Below, one piece after another: positions 61,645 to 64,000 of a stretch of DNA of 64,000 bases (position 1 is the first letter of the stretch; each line of letters opens with the position of its first letter). The stretch comes from Haliotis cracherodii (Eukaryota). The stretch spans positions 65,596,001-65,660,000 of the forward strand of contig NW_027266319.1 in assembly GCF_022045235.1 (NCBI RefSeq). Reading direction: 5' to 3'. A program made the translations under genes and the position numbers. The notes below the pieces were generated by a model that saw only the letters and a list, made by a program, of their open reading frames with translations, was not told the origin of the DNA and ran no database searches.

Positions 61645-64000
61645 ACTGTCAGCTTCACGAAGGACTGAGTCTATGTGATGGAGTCATCAGACTGGCACTA
61701 TATATATACACACAATTCCAATAACATAGTGATAGACTGGATAAAACATCATTACTTTTATCAGATATGATGAGTTGCATTGGTAACAGCAAGAAACAAA
61801 TCTACTTACAGCAGGGGGCGACGATTGTATCCGTCCATTGCCAAGATAAATCGATCTACATGGGATCCCGTGTGGAAAATGGCCATTTATATCTCGCAAC
61901 TCAACATTTTTCATTAATAGTTGTGTTCGATCGCGGTGATACTGCCGTTCACTTGCAATATAGAATTATATGATGTACTGATTATGGACTTATCAACAGC
62001 TGAGTTCCAAAGTGACAGTTCTATAGCCCGGTGGAAATCCGGGGTGGAACAGGTCTTCAGCAACCATTGCTTGCAATAAAAGGCGACTATGCTGGTCGTA
62101 AAAGGCGACTAACGGGATCGGGTGGTCAGACTCACTGACTTGGTTAACGCTTGCGTGGATCGATGTTCATGATGTCAATCACTGGATTGTCTGGTCCAGA
62201 CTCGATTATTTACAGATCGCCGTCATATAACTGAAATATTGCTGAGTGCGGCGTTAAACAAAGAAAGAGAGAAAGAAACAACAGTTTTATAGTTTGTTTG
62301 TCACCATACCCTGACGATCTTGACGTTCACCGCACCAACGACTTAAGTTACACGTCCCAACACACATGCTCTGACGCTCTATTGTTAGCTTTGCAACATA
62401 TTTGATATGTATTTGAGTACTAGTTTCATTTCTATACATCTCGGAAGCTTACCCACTGTCGCCGCTGGGTGAATATATACCAATTTTACTGACTTTTGAT
62501 ATCACCACTGTATTTTTGTGTGTGATATTAACCGCTGCCATCATATTATATATATTGAAATTGAATATTGTTCTACCACTCTATTGTTTACTGCTATTGT
62601 TATTGCTATGCAGTAATTTCTATTGATTTGTAAACTTAGTGAATTTTGTGATACATTTGTTGATTGTATACCACTCGTTGGTTGTTTCTCGGTTTCACGC
62701 TAAGTTCTATAACTTAGAGATATTTGTTGGGTTAACATATGGTTTCAGTTTGGAAATCGATACGTAAACAATGGAAAAGATTAATTGTCACTGAAAGTTT
62801 TGGAAAATATAATTGTGGTTCATGATCATGTTGTTGGTAAAACAATATAAAAAGTCTGCAACTAAAATTACATTGTTGCAATGTGTGTGTTCTAAAAATA
62901 CTTAGGCTCATAGTTTTAATTATATCTGGTTTGCAGATGGAGCTGAAACAATATCTGGTCTCAATACAAAATACCAAAATTATCTGCGCGTGTCGTTTTC
63001 AGAACAGTTTAATTTCTATTGCGACTACTTGAAAGTCAGTATTTGCATTACAAGACAGTTTTATGAGTGAGTGAGTTGGGTTTAACGCCGCTTTGAATAG
63101 TATTCCCGTTATATAACGGCATGTCAGTTTAAAGTTAGTGGAAAGCTCGTTACCAATTATGAACCTGAAGAGGAACTACAAGAAACAACACAAAAGGTCT
63201 ACATGTGTTGAAATGGGATTCGTTTAGCTAATCTGATAAGAAATGATTTGGATGGTTTTTCACCTTGGAAGTCAGGATGGGTGAAAAAAGATTGACACAT
63301 GACTAACGTGAAAGATCAATTTTGCCCATGGACCACATCCGTTAAACCTATGACCTCGTGCAGATCCGGGTCAGAATTGGTCTTTGCTTGTCGTAAGAGG
63401 CGGTTGGTGAGCATCGTTGACGGTGTTGATTCAAATCATCGTATAAGTTGCACAGATCGATGCAGATGTCAGTTAGTGAATTGCCTGATCCAAGTTTAAT
63501 TGTTTTCAGGCTGCCGTCATATAACTTGAATATCGCTGATTGCGGCGTAAACAACAAACAAAATACGAACAACACGTAAAAGCTACGAACCAGATTCAGT
63601 TGCATAACATTCGTTTTTCGTAAAATTGTAAAATGCCGATCCTCAATAAAAACAGTTTATATTCTGGAATAACCGTGTTTACATGGACAGATTTCTCCAA
63701 TAATAACAAACTAATGTTGCTTTTATTTAAGAATGAAAATACATTTAATGTCAGTTTATGATATTTTCAAACACACACAAAGTAACAATTGAAGGTGTTA
63801 AAAGCTGACTAAGTTGTAACGAAGAATGCGCCGAATGTACAATGTCCTAAACATGTGTAAAAACTTTTATCCAGCAGAGCTCACTGCTGCGGACATCGCA
63901 AAACTGTTTCGTGGGTTCGTAAATATTCATGAGGTGTTCCTATCATGGAACATGTCCCGGAAGGCTTGAGGTGATGGGCTTGCTTGTCTTATATCTGAGC

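Larger units (their letters stand above)
28545..63855. repeat. Head-to-tail tandem duplication of a ~12.3-kb unit (starts 28545, 40843, 53155)
   Basis: The caacttcttcgac anchor recurs at spacings of 12298 and 12312 bp; exons and introns are colinear. Confidence 0.95.

Overview
Eukaryotic, AT-rich, intron-containing animal DNA. The SINE style and gene families suggest a mollusc, possibly an abalone-type gastropod (inference). It is a heavily rearranged locus built from two gene families. (i) BTB-BACK (BTBD1/2/3/6-like) genes: a partial copy at the window start, a decayed copy at ~7.0-8.3 kb, an apparently intact copy at 10951-13193 whose C-terminus is a coding tandem repeat, and PHR-like remnants at ~40.4-40.8 and ~52.7-53.2 kb. 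(ii) A secreted 13-exon animal heme peroxidase (~613 aa) in three ~12.3-kb head-to-tail copies (the middle one has a nonsense codon), plus an inverted, truncated exon 1-3 pseudogene at 3331-6072. Between them (~13576-25378) lies a decayed ~11.8-kb DNA transposon. Its spliced DDE-like transposase ends in a spindlin (Spin/Ssty) Tudor-like domain, has an internal inversion with a templated junction insert, and is interrupted by a nested Academ-type transposon (15803-20866, TTA target duplication). Also present: tRNA-derived SINEs, Penelope-like palindromes with a variant hammerhead core, Helentron-like elements, fold-back palindromes and a G-rich minisatellite. All family assignments come from manual motif recognition, not database searches.
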